From Minisyncoccota bacterium (GTDB lineage: Bacteria > Patescibacteriota > Minisyncoccia > Phycocordibacterales > CAJQIN01), in NCBI GenBank assembly GCA_905478465.1, contig CAJQIN010000009.1, forward strand, positions 2,300-66,299: DNA of 64,000 bases. The letters run 5' to 3'. The notes under the pieces are model-generated. The model searched no databases, was not told the DNA's origin, and saw only the letters and a program-made list of their open reading frames with translations. Shown here piece by piece: positions 1-9,369 of the stretch. Each line of letters begins with the position of its first letter. Positions within the stretch are counted from its first letter, which is position 1. The translations under genes and the position numbers were made by a program.

Positions 1-49
1 AACATTACGATAGTAACAATAATTAGTGTTAATTTTTTTGAGTATTTAT

Positions 50-583
50 TCATTGTGTACGAAGTATTATTGTTATAGAGAATGATATGTCAGTATTTTG
101 TGCAAAGTTTGAAACGGGCAGGTCTACAGAAGAAACATATGTTTCTGTTTCTAAGTTTTGTTTGAATGTAAGTAGAGAATCTCTATCATCTGCATTTCCT
201 GAAAGCAGCAAGCGTTGTTCAAAATTATCTTGTATTGAAAAATTAAAACCACGTATGTGTATATTTGGACCAGAAAGTTCAGCGATATCACTTATTACAT
301 CGTACATACTTTGAGGAGCGTCTTGTTGTAGAGTATCTATTTTTGTATTTAATGCAGATACCGCGTCTTTAATTTCATTATTTTTTACATTTTCAGTATC
401 TTGCTCATTGTGTAAAACAACTTCTTTTTGTAGTTGTGAATTAAGTAGATGAAGTGGAATTATCATAACTATTGATGTCACAATAATACTCATAACAATT
501 TCAGCAAGAATAATTCTACGTCTGATGATGTATTCAGCTCTAATTTTTTTCTGTTCTTTTTTTGGAAGGAGGTTTATATTCAT
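50..583 (-). CDS. pilN: type IV pilus assembly protein PilN
   Basis: N-terminal 'MNINLLPKKEQKK..R' motif followed by a single TM helix, typical of PilN. Lies immediately downstream of the pilM homologue on the same strand. Confidence 0.7.
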   Translation of the reverse strand: MNINLLPKKEQKKIRAEYIIRRRIILAEIVMSIIVTSIVMIIPLHLLNSQLQKEVVLHNEQDTENVKNNEIKDAVSALNTKIDTLQQDAPQSMYDVISDIAELSGPNIHIRGFNFSIQDNFEQRLLLSGNADDRDSLLTFKQNLETETYVSSVDLPVSNFAQNTDISFSITIILRTQ

Positions 584-587
584 GTAT

Positions 588-1580
588 TTATTTTAACAAA
601 GTCATGCCTACAGCGGCTGCAAATCTAAGGGAATCTTTCCGGGGCATATCAGGAATAGTTTCTTCAAAGTTAAAAGCATTTACCCAAACATTCGCTATCT
701 CTGCAGGAGTACTTACATTGCTTCCAATGTAGTCGGTAAGTTCTATTTCATTTTTTATCGATCCACAAAATATAATTTTCTTTAATGCATCATCGGCTCC
801 ATCATGAGTTCTCCAGTAGGTCATGATTTTTTTGATTTCCCTTAGTAATATGGGCAAGTTCTTCTGTCCAAGAGAATCATCTTTTTTGAAAACATCAAGA
901 ACGTTAACATTAAATTCTCGTTCGGAGATTGAAGATGTGGAAGAGAAACGTACAACACCATCTGATACTATATAAAAACCAGCTTTATCTCCATGAATAT
1001 TTACAATAAGTTCTGTAGCACAGTCTTTGTCAGAAATAATAGCTTCTGCAACAGCTTGAGATTCAACCTGAAAAGATGTAGGGACAAGGTCTGCGGCTCT
1101 AAATACATCCATGTATTGAAGAACAACGGATTTTGGTAGAACAGAAACCATCACTTCTGTTTTCTGGTCCTCATGTTCTTGGATTATCATAAAATCAAAT
1201 ACTACCTCTGATGTGGGGTAGGGAACATTGTCAGGTATTTGCAGCTCAATATTATTTGTTATTTCTTTGAGGTTTTTTCCATAGACGAAAGTTTTAAACA
1301 AAAAGGATTTTTCTTCTGGAATAGAAACTTGTACGAATTTTAAATTGTGTTTCTTTTTAAACTCAGAGAGTGTTGATATTAGTTCTTTTGTTTTAACAAC
1401 ACTACCTTGAGAAATAACATCATCTGCAAGTTTTATCTCACCGTAGGTGTCTAGTTTTACCCGGCCACTTTTTGTGTCGCATATAACAAATTGAATAAGT
1501 CCATCAGAAATAGCCACACCACTTGTTTCCATTGAAAGAAACTTTGGTACAGGAAAAAGATCGAAGAGTTGTAATTTCAT
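588..1580 (-). CDS. pilM: type IV pilus assembly ATPase-like protein PilM (actin-like fold)
   Basis: 330 aa with PilM/FtsA-like architecture. Conserved adjacency pilM-pilN with 4-nt spacing. Confidence 0.7.
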   Translation of the reverse strand: MKLQLFDLFPVPKFLSMETSGVAISDGLIQFVICDTKSGRVKLDTYGEIKLADDVISQGSVVKTKELISTLSEFKKKHNLKFVQVSIPEEKSFLFKTFVYGKNLKEITNNIELQIPDNVPYPTSEVVFDFMIIQEHEDQKTEVMVSVLPKSVVLQYMDVFRAADLVPTSFQVESQAVAEAIISDKDCATELIVNIHGDKAGFYIVSDGVVRFSSTSSISEREFNVNVLDVFKKDDSLGQKNLPILLREIKKIMTYWRTHDGADDALKKIIFCGSIKNEIELTDYIGSNVSTPAEIANVWVNAFNFEETIPDMPRKDSLRFAAAVGMTLLK

Positions 1581-1608
1581 TAGTTTAATTATATCGGCAA
1601 GAGGCTAC

Positions 1609-1977
1609 TTATCCAAGTAAGCTACCAACAGGAACATCTGCACTTGGTTTGAAAATTGCAAAAGAATCACCATTAACGACACCTAAAATCATTGCTTGGC
1701 TTTCATAACCCATGATAGGTCGTGGTTCAAGATTGGTAACGAATACACATACTGTTTCTGGCAATTCTTCAGGAGAAAAATATTTTGCAATACCTGAAAC
1801 CACAGTTCTGATATCTTTTTCAGGTTCTAGGGGAGCTTCTTCAGTAGTTTCTATACTTTCTTTCAATCCAAAATCAACAGAAAGAAGAAGAAGTTTCTCT
1901 GACTTCTCAACTGCTTCGGCTGAAATAATTTTCCCTACACGCATTTCTACTTTTTTAAAATCTTCGTACCCAATCAT
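1609..1977 (-). CDS. tRNA-binding domain protein (Trbp111/CsaA/EMAP-like OB fold)
   Basis: 'EDFKKVEMRVGKIISAE...' and '...LEPRPIMGYESQAMILGV' match the C-terminal tRNA-binding domain of MetRS/CsaA. Confidence 0.7.
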   Translation of the reverse strand: MIGYEDFKKVEMRVGKIISAEAVEKSEKLLLLSVDFGLKESIETTEEAPLEPEKDIRTVVSGIAKYFSPEELPETVCVFVTNLEPRPIMGYESQAMILGVVNGDSFAIFKPSADVPVGSLLG

Positions 1978-2360
1978 ATTTTTTTATTATTATATGTATC
2001 TAAATAACTCTGTAAAACAATGGCTGCTGCTGAAGCATCTTGTTTCTTATTATACCCCTGTATATGTGATGCTTGCATGGAAGACATGAATTCTGGTTCG
2101 AAGTGGATAGTATATCCTAGCGATTCAAGCTTTTTGGCAAATATACGCGCATGCTTCATGACTGGATTATCTTCCATGTGAAAATCTTGAGATTCTCCAA
2201 TAACAATCTCAGTCACTTTCTCTTTTTTTGCAAGTGCATCAACGTATTCGACTGCTGTTGTCTGAGGAATAACATCGACAGGGAAGGCTAGAGTCCCATC
2301 TATACTTGAGAGAGCCAAACCTACTTTCTTTGTTCCATAATCTATACCAATGAGTTTCAT
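1974..2360 (-). CDS. ruvX: putative pre-16S rRNA nuclease / Holliday-junction resolvase-like YqgF
   Basis: 'MKLIGIDYGTKKVGLALSS' N-terminus is the YqgF/RuvX signature. 4-nt overlap with the upstream gene. Confidence 0.75.
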   Translation of the reverse strand: MKLIGIDYGTKKVGLALSSIDGTLAFPVDVIPQTTAVEYVDALAKKEKVTEIVIGESQDFHMEDNPVMKHARIFAKKLESLGYTIHFEPEFMSSMQASHIQGYNKKQDASAAAIVLQSYLDTYNNKKI

Positions 2361-2401
2361 GTGGGTAGTATGAGGGAAAAGAAGTTGATTTACAATATTT
2401 T

Positions 2402-2770
2402 CTATTTTAATTTTATATACGGCTTAATAGCCCGAAGCATCCCAACTCCAAATATAGAAATAACAACCAGGGTAATGATGAGTGTTGGGAAACCGGCTGA
2501 AGCAACAAGGTAACCACCGATTGTAGCAAAGGTCACACTTGTAATATCTGTGAGGGTAAAATAAATACCCCATTCAGTGCCTTCTTTGTTTTTATTAATA
2601 CGTCGAGTAAAGATGGCCATGTATGCAGGGTAGGTAAGGGTGGTAAAGGACCCAAGGGCAAACATGAACCATGTAGGGTTGTAATGGTTGTGAATTATAA
2701 GATAAAAGAGCGGTATGAGAGCTGTCAGTCCAGAAAAGATAATCAGAAGCCAGAAATCATCTTTTTCTCC
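2402..2770 (-). pseudogene. truncated paralogue (C-terminal ~120 codons) of the membrane protein gene at 7651..8268
   Basis: About 80 % nucleotide identity to 7651..8030, with a conserved 'YPAYMAIFTR..NKEGTEWGIYFTLTDITS' peptide. Homology stops abruptly near 2770. There is no N-terminal half and no credible start. Confidence 0.6.
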
Positions 2771-2862
2771 GCATACATTAAAATTTTATATTTAAACTTG
2801 CATATATTTATATATACAAGTAAGTTTAGATTAAACTAACGTTCTTTAACAGGAGACAGAAT

Positions 2863-3889
2863 ATGAACCTTTCAACTGAAGACTACTATGTACATGCGTA
2901 TAAATTTAATGGTAAAGAAATTCAAATCCGTGACACTCTAATGGAATGGTTACCTAACCAGATAATAGATGCTCATGCACACTGCAACCTTCGGTCACAT
3001 GTGATTGAAATAAGTGATAAGGCTATGGGTCATATGTTATCAACCTTTCCATATTTCTCGATTAGGGATTCAGTAAAATTACGGAAGTCATTTTTTCCAG
3101 GAAAAACAATACAATCACTTCGTTTTGCGAAGACGTTTCGTGGTCTAGACCATAGGGCCGCCAATAAATATCTGCTCGAGTCTAGTCCTGAATATGACAA
3201 GGTCGCACTCTTTGGCTTACCTGAGGATGTTTATTACACAAATCGGATGCTACACCATCCGCGTGTTTCCGCATTAAAAATGTACTGGTCTTATGTCGAA
3301 CCTACGGCTAAAACCATCTATGAGTTTTTTCTTCCAGAAATTCTAGAAGAGGCTCAGGCATTAGATATACCAGTTGTGTTACACCTACCTAAGGTAATAG
3401 TGAACTGTATAGATGATCTTCTTTAAGGTTGTTAATGATTTTCCGAAGTTACGTATTGTCTTAGCTCATCTAGGTTTGTCGGTATTGCCCATACCTGGTC
3501 TCAAAGAATCTTTTGAGGCAATTAAACCTTTTGAAACAGTTTTCATGGATAATTCCATGAATGAATCAGCAGATGTTACAAGAGAGGCTATTTCGATTCT
3601 AGGAAGCACACGAATATTATATGGTAGTGATGAGCCGCTTAATTTGATACGGTACACTACTTATGATCATCCTCAAAAAGGGCAACGTATTGTTTCTGAG
3701 TATCCTTATCACTGGGTAGATAAGGACGAGTTTAGAGAATACGGGCATCTTGCAAAAGGAGCAGTGCATTCCCATTGGGGCAACCTACTTGCACTCCAAC
3801 AGTGTATAGATGCATTGCCAAAAAGACAGCGCACGTCAGTGAAAGAGCACATTTTTTATAAAAATGCTGCTTCGGTGTATGGTTTCTAA
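2863..3889 (+). pseudogene. amidohydrolase-2 family metal-dependent hydrolase, split by an apparent +/-1 frameshift near 3405-3426
   Basis: ORF 2863..3426 carries the N-terminal motif 'IDAHAH' and '..PVVLHLP'. ORF 3413..3889, in another frame, carries 'VLAHLG' and 'GSDEPL'. Together they make one PF04909-like protein. The junction lies in a 'tcttcttt' run. Confidence 0.55.
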
Positions 3890-3901
3890 TAAAACCAACT
3901 T

Positions 3902-3930
3902 AAATACCTCTGCATAAGAGGTATTTTTTA
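3902..3930 (+). terminator. rho-independent terminator
   Basis: 'aatacctctgcataagaggtatttttt' hairpin followed by a T-run. Confidence 0.6.
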
Positions 3931-4145
3931 ATATCAGTTAATCTACTAAAACCTGGACTAGTCATGGATTTATGAGAAATTATACTCATTTTTAAACCAA
4001 AATCCTTTTGTCGTGTATGTATTTAACGATAAGGTGTTGATTTTTATATAGGAGCATGTATTCTGTCTCTAGAGTTGATTTTTGGAGATTTTGTTCTTTA
4101 ATAAAGTAACAATTTAGTTTTTAACCCATTTCAAAGGATATTACA

Positions 4146-5498
4146 ATGTCTAATGTAAACGAGCCTATTGTTGGAATAAGTGATGTGTTTGGTGCCCCGC
4201 TTAGAAAGAGAAATTATGTAATTAATCTCTTGAGTGGCCTGGCACAGAAATTTGGATTTCAACAACTTGAGGTTCCTGTTGTTGAGAAAGCTTCGTCATT
4301 TGACGAAAAAATAGTTGGTAAGTCGCCTTGGCCTGAATGGGACAAAAGGGGTTGTTTCTATCTCATGATTGATAACTACCAGAGTAGCTACGATATGAAA
4401 TCTTCAACAGAGATGGCATTACTTAATCCCGAGGGGACTATTTCAGTTACTCGTTGGCTTGGGAAAATGATACAAGAGATAGGAGTGGATTCGTTTCCAC
4501 TAAAACTCTTTTATGATGTTCAATGTTTTCGAAATGAGTTGGTGGGTAGTTTATCGCCAATAAAACATCGCCAATTCCGCCAATTTGGAATCGAAATACT
4601 AGGTTCAGCTTCAGTTGCCGCAGACACAGAAATTGCTTGCATGATAAACCAATCCTTACTCTTACTAGGTTTCCCCCAAGAATCGGTCGTTATGCGAATT
4701 AGTGATATCCGTATTTTTAAGCAATTGATAGAAGATTCTGGTATTACCTACGAAGATAGTTTGGAAATAAAAGAACTAATGGACTCTGTTGCAGAAAGTC
4801 GCGCAGGAAAGAATCCTTCACGAGCTCCTTCTCTTAAGAAAGAGCTCTGGACACTACTTAATTCGTATAACCTCGCAGAAAAGATTCAAAAAATGTGGAT
4901 GTGTATTTTAGATGATCCCCATAACCACATATCAGAGGAAACAAAGCAATTCTTTGGTAAGGAGTATTATAGTGCCTTTGATGCGCTAATAATGCTCACA
5001 ACGTCATTACAAAGTAACAACATCACAGCTAAAGCAGACCTCTGTGTAGTTAGGTCTCATGAGTATTACACAGGACTTTCGTTTGAAATTGATGTTGTAA
5101 GTAAGTCGGCCTCATATTACGAAATTGCTGGTGGTGGACGTTTCGACAAACTCGTTTCGAGTTTCCTGACGGAAGAAGATGGTGACACAGTTGTCCCGTC
5201 AACAGGTTTTGCTTTTGGTGTTGAACGACTCATTGAAGCAGCAACAGGTTTTGGGCTTATGTCTAATCTCAAATCCTTAGAGTTCTATAGTAACTTCGAT
5301 AAGTCTTCTGCTGACACACTTTTAGTTCCAAATAGTAAAGGTAACAAATGTATTAGTTACATAAAGTGTATGGAGGAAGTTAAAAATCTTTCTCCGGAAC
5401 TTAGGACAAACATATATGTCGGTGACAGCCCCACAGGAGTAAACATTGAAAAATATGCTCTGACTTGTGGAGTCAAAAATGTCAAATTAGATGAGTAA
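4146..5498 (+). CDS. histidyl-tRNA synthetase-like class II aaRS paralogue (divergent; HisZ-like or unknown function)
   Basis: Degenerate HisRS motifs are present: motif 2 'FRNELVGS..RQFRQFGIEILG' and motif 3 'AGGGRFDKLV..GFAFGVERL'. The canonical 'GMRD.LP' N-terminus is absent. Sits directly upstream of the bona fide hisS. Confidence 0.6.
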   Translation: MSNVNEPIVGISDVFGAPLRKRNYVINLLSGLAQKFGFQQLEVPVVEKASSFDEKIVGKSPWPEWDKRGCFYLMIDNYQSSYDMKSSTEMALLNPEGTISVTRWLGKMIQEIGVDSFPLKLFYDVQCFRNELVGSLSPIKHRQFRQFGIEILGSASVAADTEIACMINQSLLLLGFPQESVVMRISDIRIFKQLIEDSGITYEDSLEIKELMDSVAESRAGKNPSRAPSLKKELWTLLNSYNLAEKIQKMWMCILDDPHNHISEETKQFFGKEYYSAFDALIMLTTSLQSNNITAKADLCVVRSHEYYTGLSFEIDVVSKSASYYEIAGGGRFDKLVSSFLTEEDGDTVVPSTGFAFGVERLIEAATGFGLMSNLKSLEFYSNFDKSSADTLLVPNSKGNKCISYIKCMEEVKNLSPELRTNIYVGDSPTGVNIEKYALTCGVKNVKLDE

Positions 5499-5606
5499 TT
5501 TATTAGAGTCTATTTGTGCCCACCATATATTGTGGTTACATGTTATTCTTCTTATGATTATAAAACTATGCGACAAACAAATCACAACTAACAAAAGGTT
5601 ATTCAC

Positions 5607-6896
5607 ATGAAAAAAATTAGAAATAAAACATCATCAGTACCAATGCGCGGCATGCGTGACTTACTTCCTGCGGAAGTTACTCTTCGTCAGGCCGTAATAT
5701 CGAAAATTAAAGAGGTGTACGTAAGTTATGGTTTCTTAGAGATTGAGACACCAATTGTTGAAAGGAGTGACTTGTTAAATACCGGAGAAGGAGGGGATAA
5801 TGAAAAACAAACCTTTGGGATAATGAAGAGAGGAATGTCGCTAGATAACATAAAGAATATATCTTCAACTCAAGATATCGTAGATGGTGGATTACGCTTT
5901 GATTTGACAGTGCCTCTTGCTCGATACTACGCAAACAATCAAGCCCAGCTTCCGACACCGTTCAAAGTTCTGCAAATAGGTAGTGTCTTCCGTGCAGAAC
6001 GTCCTCAAAAAGGTCGCTATCGTCAATTTACGCAATGTGACATTGATATTATTGGTGACGAAAGTGGTTTAGCTGAACGAGAACTTGTTCTGGCCACATC
6101 TGAGGCATTGTCTCAGGTTGGCTTCACTGGATTTACTGTGCGAATTAATGACAGACGTATTTTAAAAGGAATTGCTGAAGCGTGCGGATACAAGGAAGAA
6201 GAGTTTGAAATGGTGTTTATCACAATAGATAAACTCGACAAAATCGGCTTAGATGGTGTTGAGAAAGAGCTTTCTGAAAAAAGCAGTCAGCCTGAGGCTT
6301 CTTCAAAATTAGTATGCTTCCTTCGTAAGGTAAGTGACAATATAAAAAACAATGATTTGTTTGAGTTTCTGCCCGTAGAAGTAAGTGAATATGTTGTTGA
6401 TGAGCTGAAACAAATAATGTTGTCTGTAGAGACTCTGTCGGATGGCGAATATAAGATCGTATTCGATCCAACCCTAGTCAGGGGAATGGGCTACTACACG
6501 GGCCCTATCTTTGAAATTGAAGATAAGGACTTCCCCTCATCAATTGCTGGCGGTGGTCGATATGACAACATGATTGGAAAGTATTCTGGTAAGGATGTAC
6601 CAGCATGTGGATTCTCTATTGGTTTTGAGAGGATTATGTCACTACTTGAGGAACGTGGATCATCTCTTGTTTGTAGTAACATCAAACAGGTAGTAATCTA
6701 TGATGTACAAAATGTAAGCGATGATTACGTGCTTGCATTTGCAAAAAAATCAAGAAATGGCAATAATACTGTCTCAATTCAAAAAAGAAGAAACAACACA
6801 AGAAAACAACTTGCTGATCTTGTTGGGCTAGGGTACAGTTCGTACTGCTTGTTAGATTCTGAGCTAGATGATCCTGAGTTCAGACCCATGCAATAA
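5607..6896 (+). CDS. hisS: histidyl-tRNA synthetase
   Basis: 'MRGMRDLLPAE' N-terminus, motif 2 'FRAERPQKGRYRQFTQCDIDIIG' and motif 3 'AGGGRYDNMIG...GFSIGFERI'. Confidence 0.92.
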   Translation: MKKIRNKTSSVPMRGMRDLLPAEVTLRQAVISKIKEVYVSYGFLEIETPIVERSDLLNTGEGGDNEKQTFGIMKRGMSLDNIKNISSTQDIVDGGLRFDLTVPLARYYANNQAQLPTPFKVLQIGSVFRAERPQKGRYRQFTQCDIDIIGDESGLAERELVLATSEALSQVGFTGFTVRINDRRILKGIAEACGYKEEEFEMVFITIDKLDKIGLDGVEKELSEKSSQPEASSKLVCFLRKVSDNIKNNDLFEFLPVEVSEYVVDELKQIMLSVETLSDGEYKIVFDPTLVRGMGYYTGPIFEIEDKDFPSSIAGGGRYDNMIGKYSGKDVPACGFSIGFERIMSLLEERGSSLVCSNIKQVVIYDVQNVSDDYVLAFAKKSRNGNNTVSIQKRRNNTRKQLADLVGLGYSSYCLLDSELDDPEFRPMQ

Positions 6897-6916
6897 AATC
6901 TAAATGACTCTTGCTA

Positions 6917-6949
6917 CTGCTTTGGACAATGTCCAAAGCAGTTTTTTAT
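6917..6949 (+). terminator. rho-independent terminator after hisS
   Basis: 'ctgctttggacaatgtccaaagcag' stem followed by 'ttttttat'. Confidence 0.65.
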
Positions 6950-7380
6950 AATTCAGGGAACAATCGAAAACTACTAACCCGTATGCACTCTTTAAATAAT
7001 TATAGCAGAAGCTACCTTTGTTGGTGACCTGCCTGGTCTCAAAATAAATAACATACTGTTGTTGATTAGTCAAATACTGGTAATTTTTTCTTTAGTGATA
7101 TTAAAATAATAAACAATTTATGTTTATTATTTTCTAAAAATGAGACTGGTCTGTATAATCTATAGACACTAAAAACCTGTATTTAGTAACTGGCTTAAGG
7201 ATCATATTTTAATATTTTTAATATATAGAACACATATTTAGTATGAATATATTTTCCATAACAAGGTTTATATCGCCATTTTTGTTTTTATTTGCAATCT
7301 CAGGTGCTTGGGTCGCACAACTTATTTAGGTGCACGGGAACACGCCGATACTAAATTGTTACTGCAGGCCGTTTCGAGCA

Positions 7381-7575
7381 CTAGTTCCAATCAAACCATA
7401 AAACTATTCCTGCGGCTATCATGATAACAGCAGTTGGCACAACCAATTTCCACAAAATATTATGTAGAAAATCTTGATTTGATTTCGGTTTATTTATAAC
7501 TTTTGACTTTTTAGTAACAATTGAATCCTTTTTTTGATTCTTGAATTCGCGACAAAAAAATTCAGGGTTATCCAC
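7381..7575 (-). CDS. small hypothetical protein with C-terminal TM helix
   Basis: 64-aa ORF in a ~700-bp AT-rich intergenic region. Has a C-terminal hydrophobic helix. No recognisable homology. Confidence 0.25.
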   Translation of the reverse strand: MDNPEFFCREFKNQKKDSIVTKKSKVINKPKSNQDFLHNILWKLVVPTAVIMIAAGIVLWFDWN

Positions 7576-7650
7576 AGTGTGGGTAACCCTGATTTCTTTT
7601 TATGCGCGAAGCGACCAATTTTTGACACAATTACTTGTGAGTCTAAGTTG

Positions 7651-8268
7651 TTATTTTAATTTTATATAGGGTTTAATGGTCCATAACATTCCAACTCCAA
7701 ATAAAGATAGAATAACTAGTGTGACGATGAGAGTTGGGAAGCCCGCTGAAGCAGCAAGATAACCACCTATAACAGCAAATGCTGCACTTGTGATATCTGT
7801 AAGTGTAAAATATATGCCCCATTCGGTACCTTCTTTGTTTTTGTCAATATGTCTAGTGAAAATGGCCATGTATGCAGGATAAGTAAAAGCTGTAAAGAAT
7901 CCAAGAGCAAACTGAACTAAATATAGTTGTAGTGGCGTGTGGATTATAAGATAAAAGAGTGGTATTAAAGCCGTCAGTCCAGAAAATATAATCAACATCC
8001 AGAAATCATCTTTTTCTCCGCGTATTTTATCTAAAACATGCGCAATAGGAATTTGTAGAACACTACGTGAAAATAGGTAGACACCGGCTGCGATACCTGC
8101 CACAGCTTCAGAATTTCCATCGATAAATTCCCCAATGAATAAAGCAAAGACTGGACCAAGAAGTCCTGCTGCTCCAATAAGTATGGTATCTGATACGATA
8201 AGAAAACGAATTACAGGATTAATTTCTTTAAGAAAGTAATTCTTTAAATTAGTTGCTCGTTGTTGCAT
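7651..8268 (-). CDS. 6-TM membrane protein (MFS-like half transporter / unknown)
   Basis: 205 aa with roughly six hydrophobic helices. Its C-terminal ~120 codons are duplicated at 2402..2770. Confidence 0.5.
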   Translation of the reverse strand: MQQRATNLKNYFLKEINPVIRFLIVSDTILIGAAGLLGPVFALFIGEFIDGNSEAVAGIAAGVYLFSRSVLQIPIAHVLDKIRGEKDDFWMLIIFSGLTALIPLFYLIIHTPLQLYLVQFALGFFTAFTYPAYMAIFTRHIDKNKEGTEWGIYFTLTDITSAAFAVIGGYLAASAGFPTLIVTLVILSLFGVGMLWTIKPYIKLK

Positions 8269-8332
8269 TTGATATAAGTAAAATAATAAAAATTATAGGT
8301 CTTAGCATAGGTCCGATACTAAAACCTGTCTG

Positions 8333-8419
8333 CGGAGGGAGAGGGATTCGAACCCTCGGTACCCTTTCGAGCACTCCAGTTTTCAAGACTGGTGCATTCA
8401 ACCTCTCTGCCATCCCTCC
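8333..8419 (-). tRNA. tRNA-Ser: tRNA-Ser (anticodon UGA)
   Basis: Manual fold shows acceptor GGAGGGA/TCCCTCC, a 3-bp D stem, anticodon loop 'cuUGAaa', a long variable arm and a T-loop 'TTCGAAT'. Confidence 0.85.
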
Positions 8420-8471
8420 ATTGGTTGTATGAAATTGTAAATTAACACATTTTTCTCCTTTCGTCTTCCTG

Positions 8472-8696
8472 CTACTTCTTTTCTTTTGGTAGTACTTCAG
8501 ATGACTTTACCTCATACTTGTCTGCTATAAAGAAGATATAGAATATTTCTAGAATAGCAAGGCTATTGATTAACAATAATACAATAAACCACTTTTTGTG
8601 AGAAAGGCGAGATGCTTTCCATAGGGCTACTCCTTTCCAGGGAAGTGACCATAGAGCAAGCAGTACTAATGTTGTTGTATTTATATCTGAAAACAT
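8472..8696 (-). CDS. small hypothetical membrane protein
   Basis: 74 aa with two hydrophobic helices. No recognisable homology. Confidence 0.3.
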   Translation of the reverse strand: MFSDINTTTLVLLALWSLPWKGVALWKASRLSHKKWFIVLLLINSLAILEIFYIFFIADKYEVKSSEVLPKEKK

Positions 8697-8717
8697 ACAA
8701 CAATTAGTCTAGCAGAA

Positions 8718-9182
8718 ATGATACAATGTACAAATATGATAGAGTGGCAAACTTTTGAACACGCACCAGTACAAAGAGGTGCAGATTGGTACTTCGCTAC
8801 AGGACTTATCGTCGTGGCACTTGCTGCTGCTTTAATTATTTTTGGAAATGTTCTACTTGCAGCTGTAATCATCATAGCATTTATTCTGACAGTAGCTGCT
8901 GGAAGAAAAGAACCAAGACAAATACGCGTACGTATTGATGGGGAAGGTGTTTTGATTGAGGATCATTTATACCCTTATGATAATCTGGAAAGTTTTTTTG
9001 TAGATAAAGATCGTGAGGTTCTGTTGTTAAAATCTAAAAAAGTATTCATGCCACATATCGTTGTAATGCTTGCTGATTATGTTGAGGTAGGGGATATATC
9101 TGAAGTACTTGAAGAGAATCTTGAAGAGGAAGAGATGTATGAAAATGTTTTTGAATTGTTTATGGAATACCTGGGCTTTTGA
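8718..9182 (+). CDS. hypothetical membrane protein with acidic C-terminus
   Basis: 154-aa ORF with two TM helices, followed by an E-rich tail. Confidence 0.35.
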   Translation: MIQCTNMIEWQTFEHAPVQRGADWYFATGLIVVALAAALIIFGNVLLAAVIIIAFILTVAAGRKEPRQIRVRIDGEGVLIEDHLYPYDNLESFFVDKDREVLLLKSKKVFMPHIVVMLADYVEVGDISEVLEENLEEEEMYENVFELFMEYLGF

Positions 9183-9216
9183 CGGATGCTGTATTCCTTG
9201 CTATTTTCTTTGTACT

Positions 9217-9288
9217 GTCCCTGTAGTTTAATGGATAGAACTAGAGACTTCTAATCTCTCGATACAGGTTCGATTCCTGTCAGGGGCA
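9217..9288 (+). tRNA. tRNA-Arg: tRNA-Arg (anticodon UCU)
   Basis: Manual cloverleaf shows acceptor GTCCCTG/CAGGGGC, anticodon loop 'cuUCUaa' and T-loop TTCGATT. Length 72 nt. Confidence 0.8.
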
Positions 9289-9295
9289 CAGATAA

Positions 9296-9340
9296 ACAAC
9301 CGGAAAGCGAAAGCTTTCCGGTTGTTGCTATTTGCAGTTT
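9296..9340 (+). terminator. rho-independent terminator after tRNA-Arg
   Basis: Perfect inverted repeat 'aacaaccggaaagc gaaa gctttccggttgtt' followed by a T-rich tract. Confidence 0.65.
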
Positions 9341-9369
9341 TTGCACAGGAATGAAATTATATAAGGTAT

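Noticed and set aside
87-314. 75-aa plus-strand ORF antisense to pilN; also 1712..2089 (+), 9379..9627 (-), 25915..26447 (both strands in thyA) and 32099..33016 (-)
   Set aside because: All are embedded antisense in well-supported genes and lack RBS and homology. They are shadow ORFs.
7556-7592. oriC at the DnaA-box hairpin
   Set aside because: There is a single box pair, no dnaA/dnaN nearby and no cluster of boxes, so I treat it as a possible regulatory site only.
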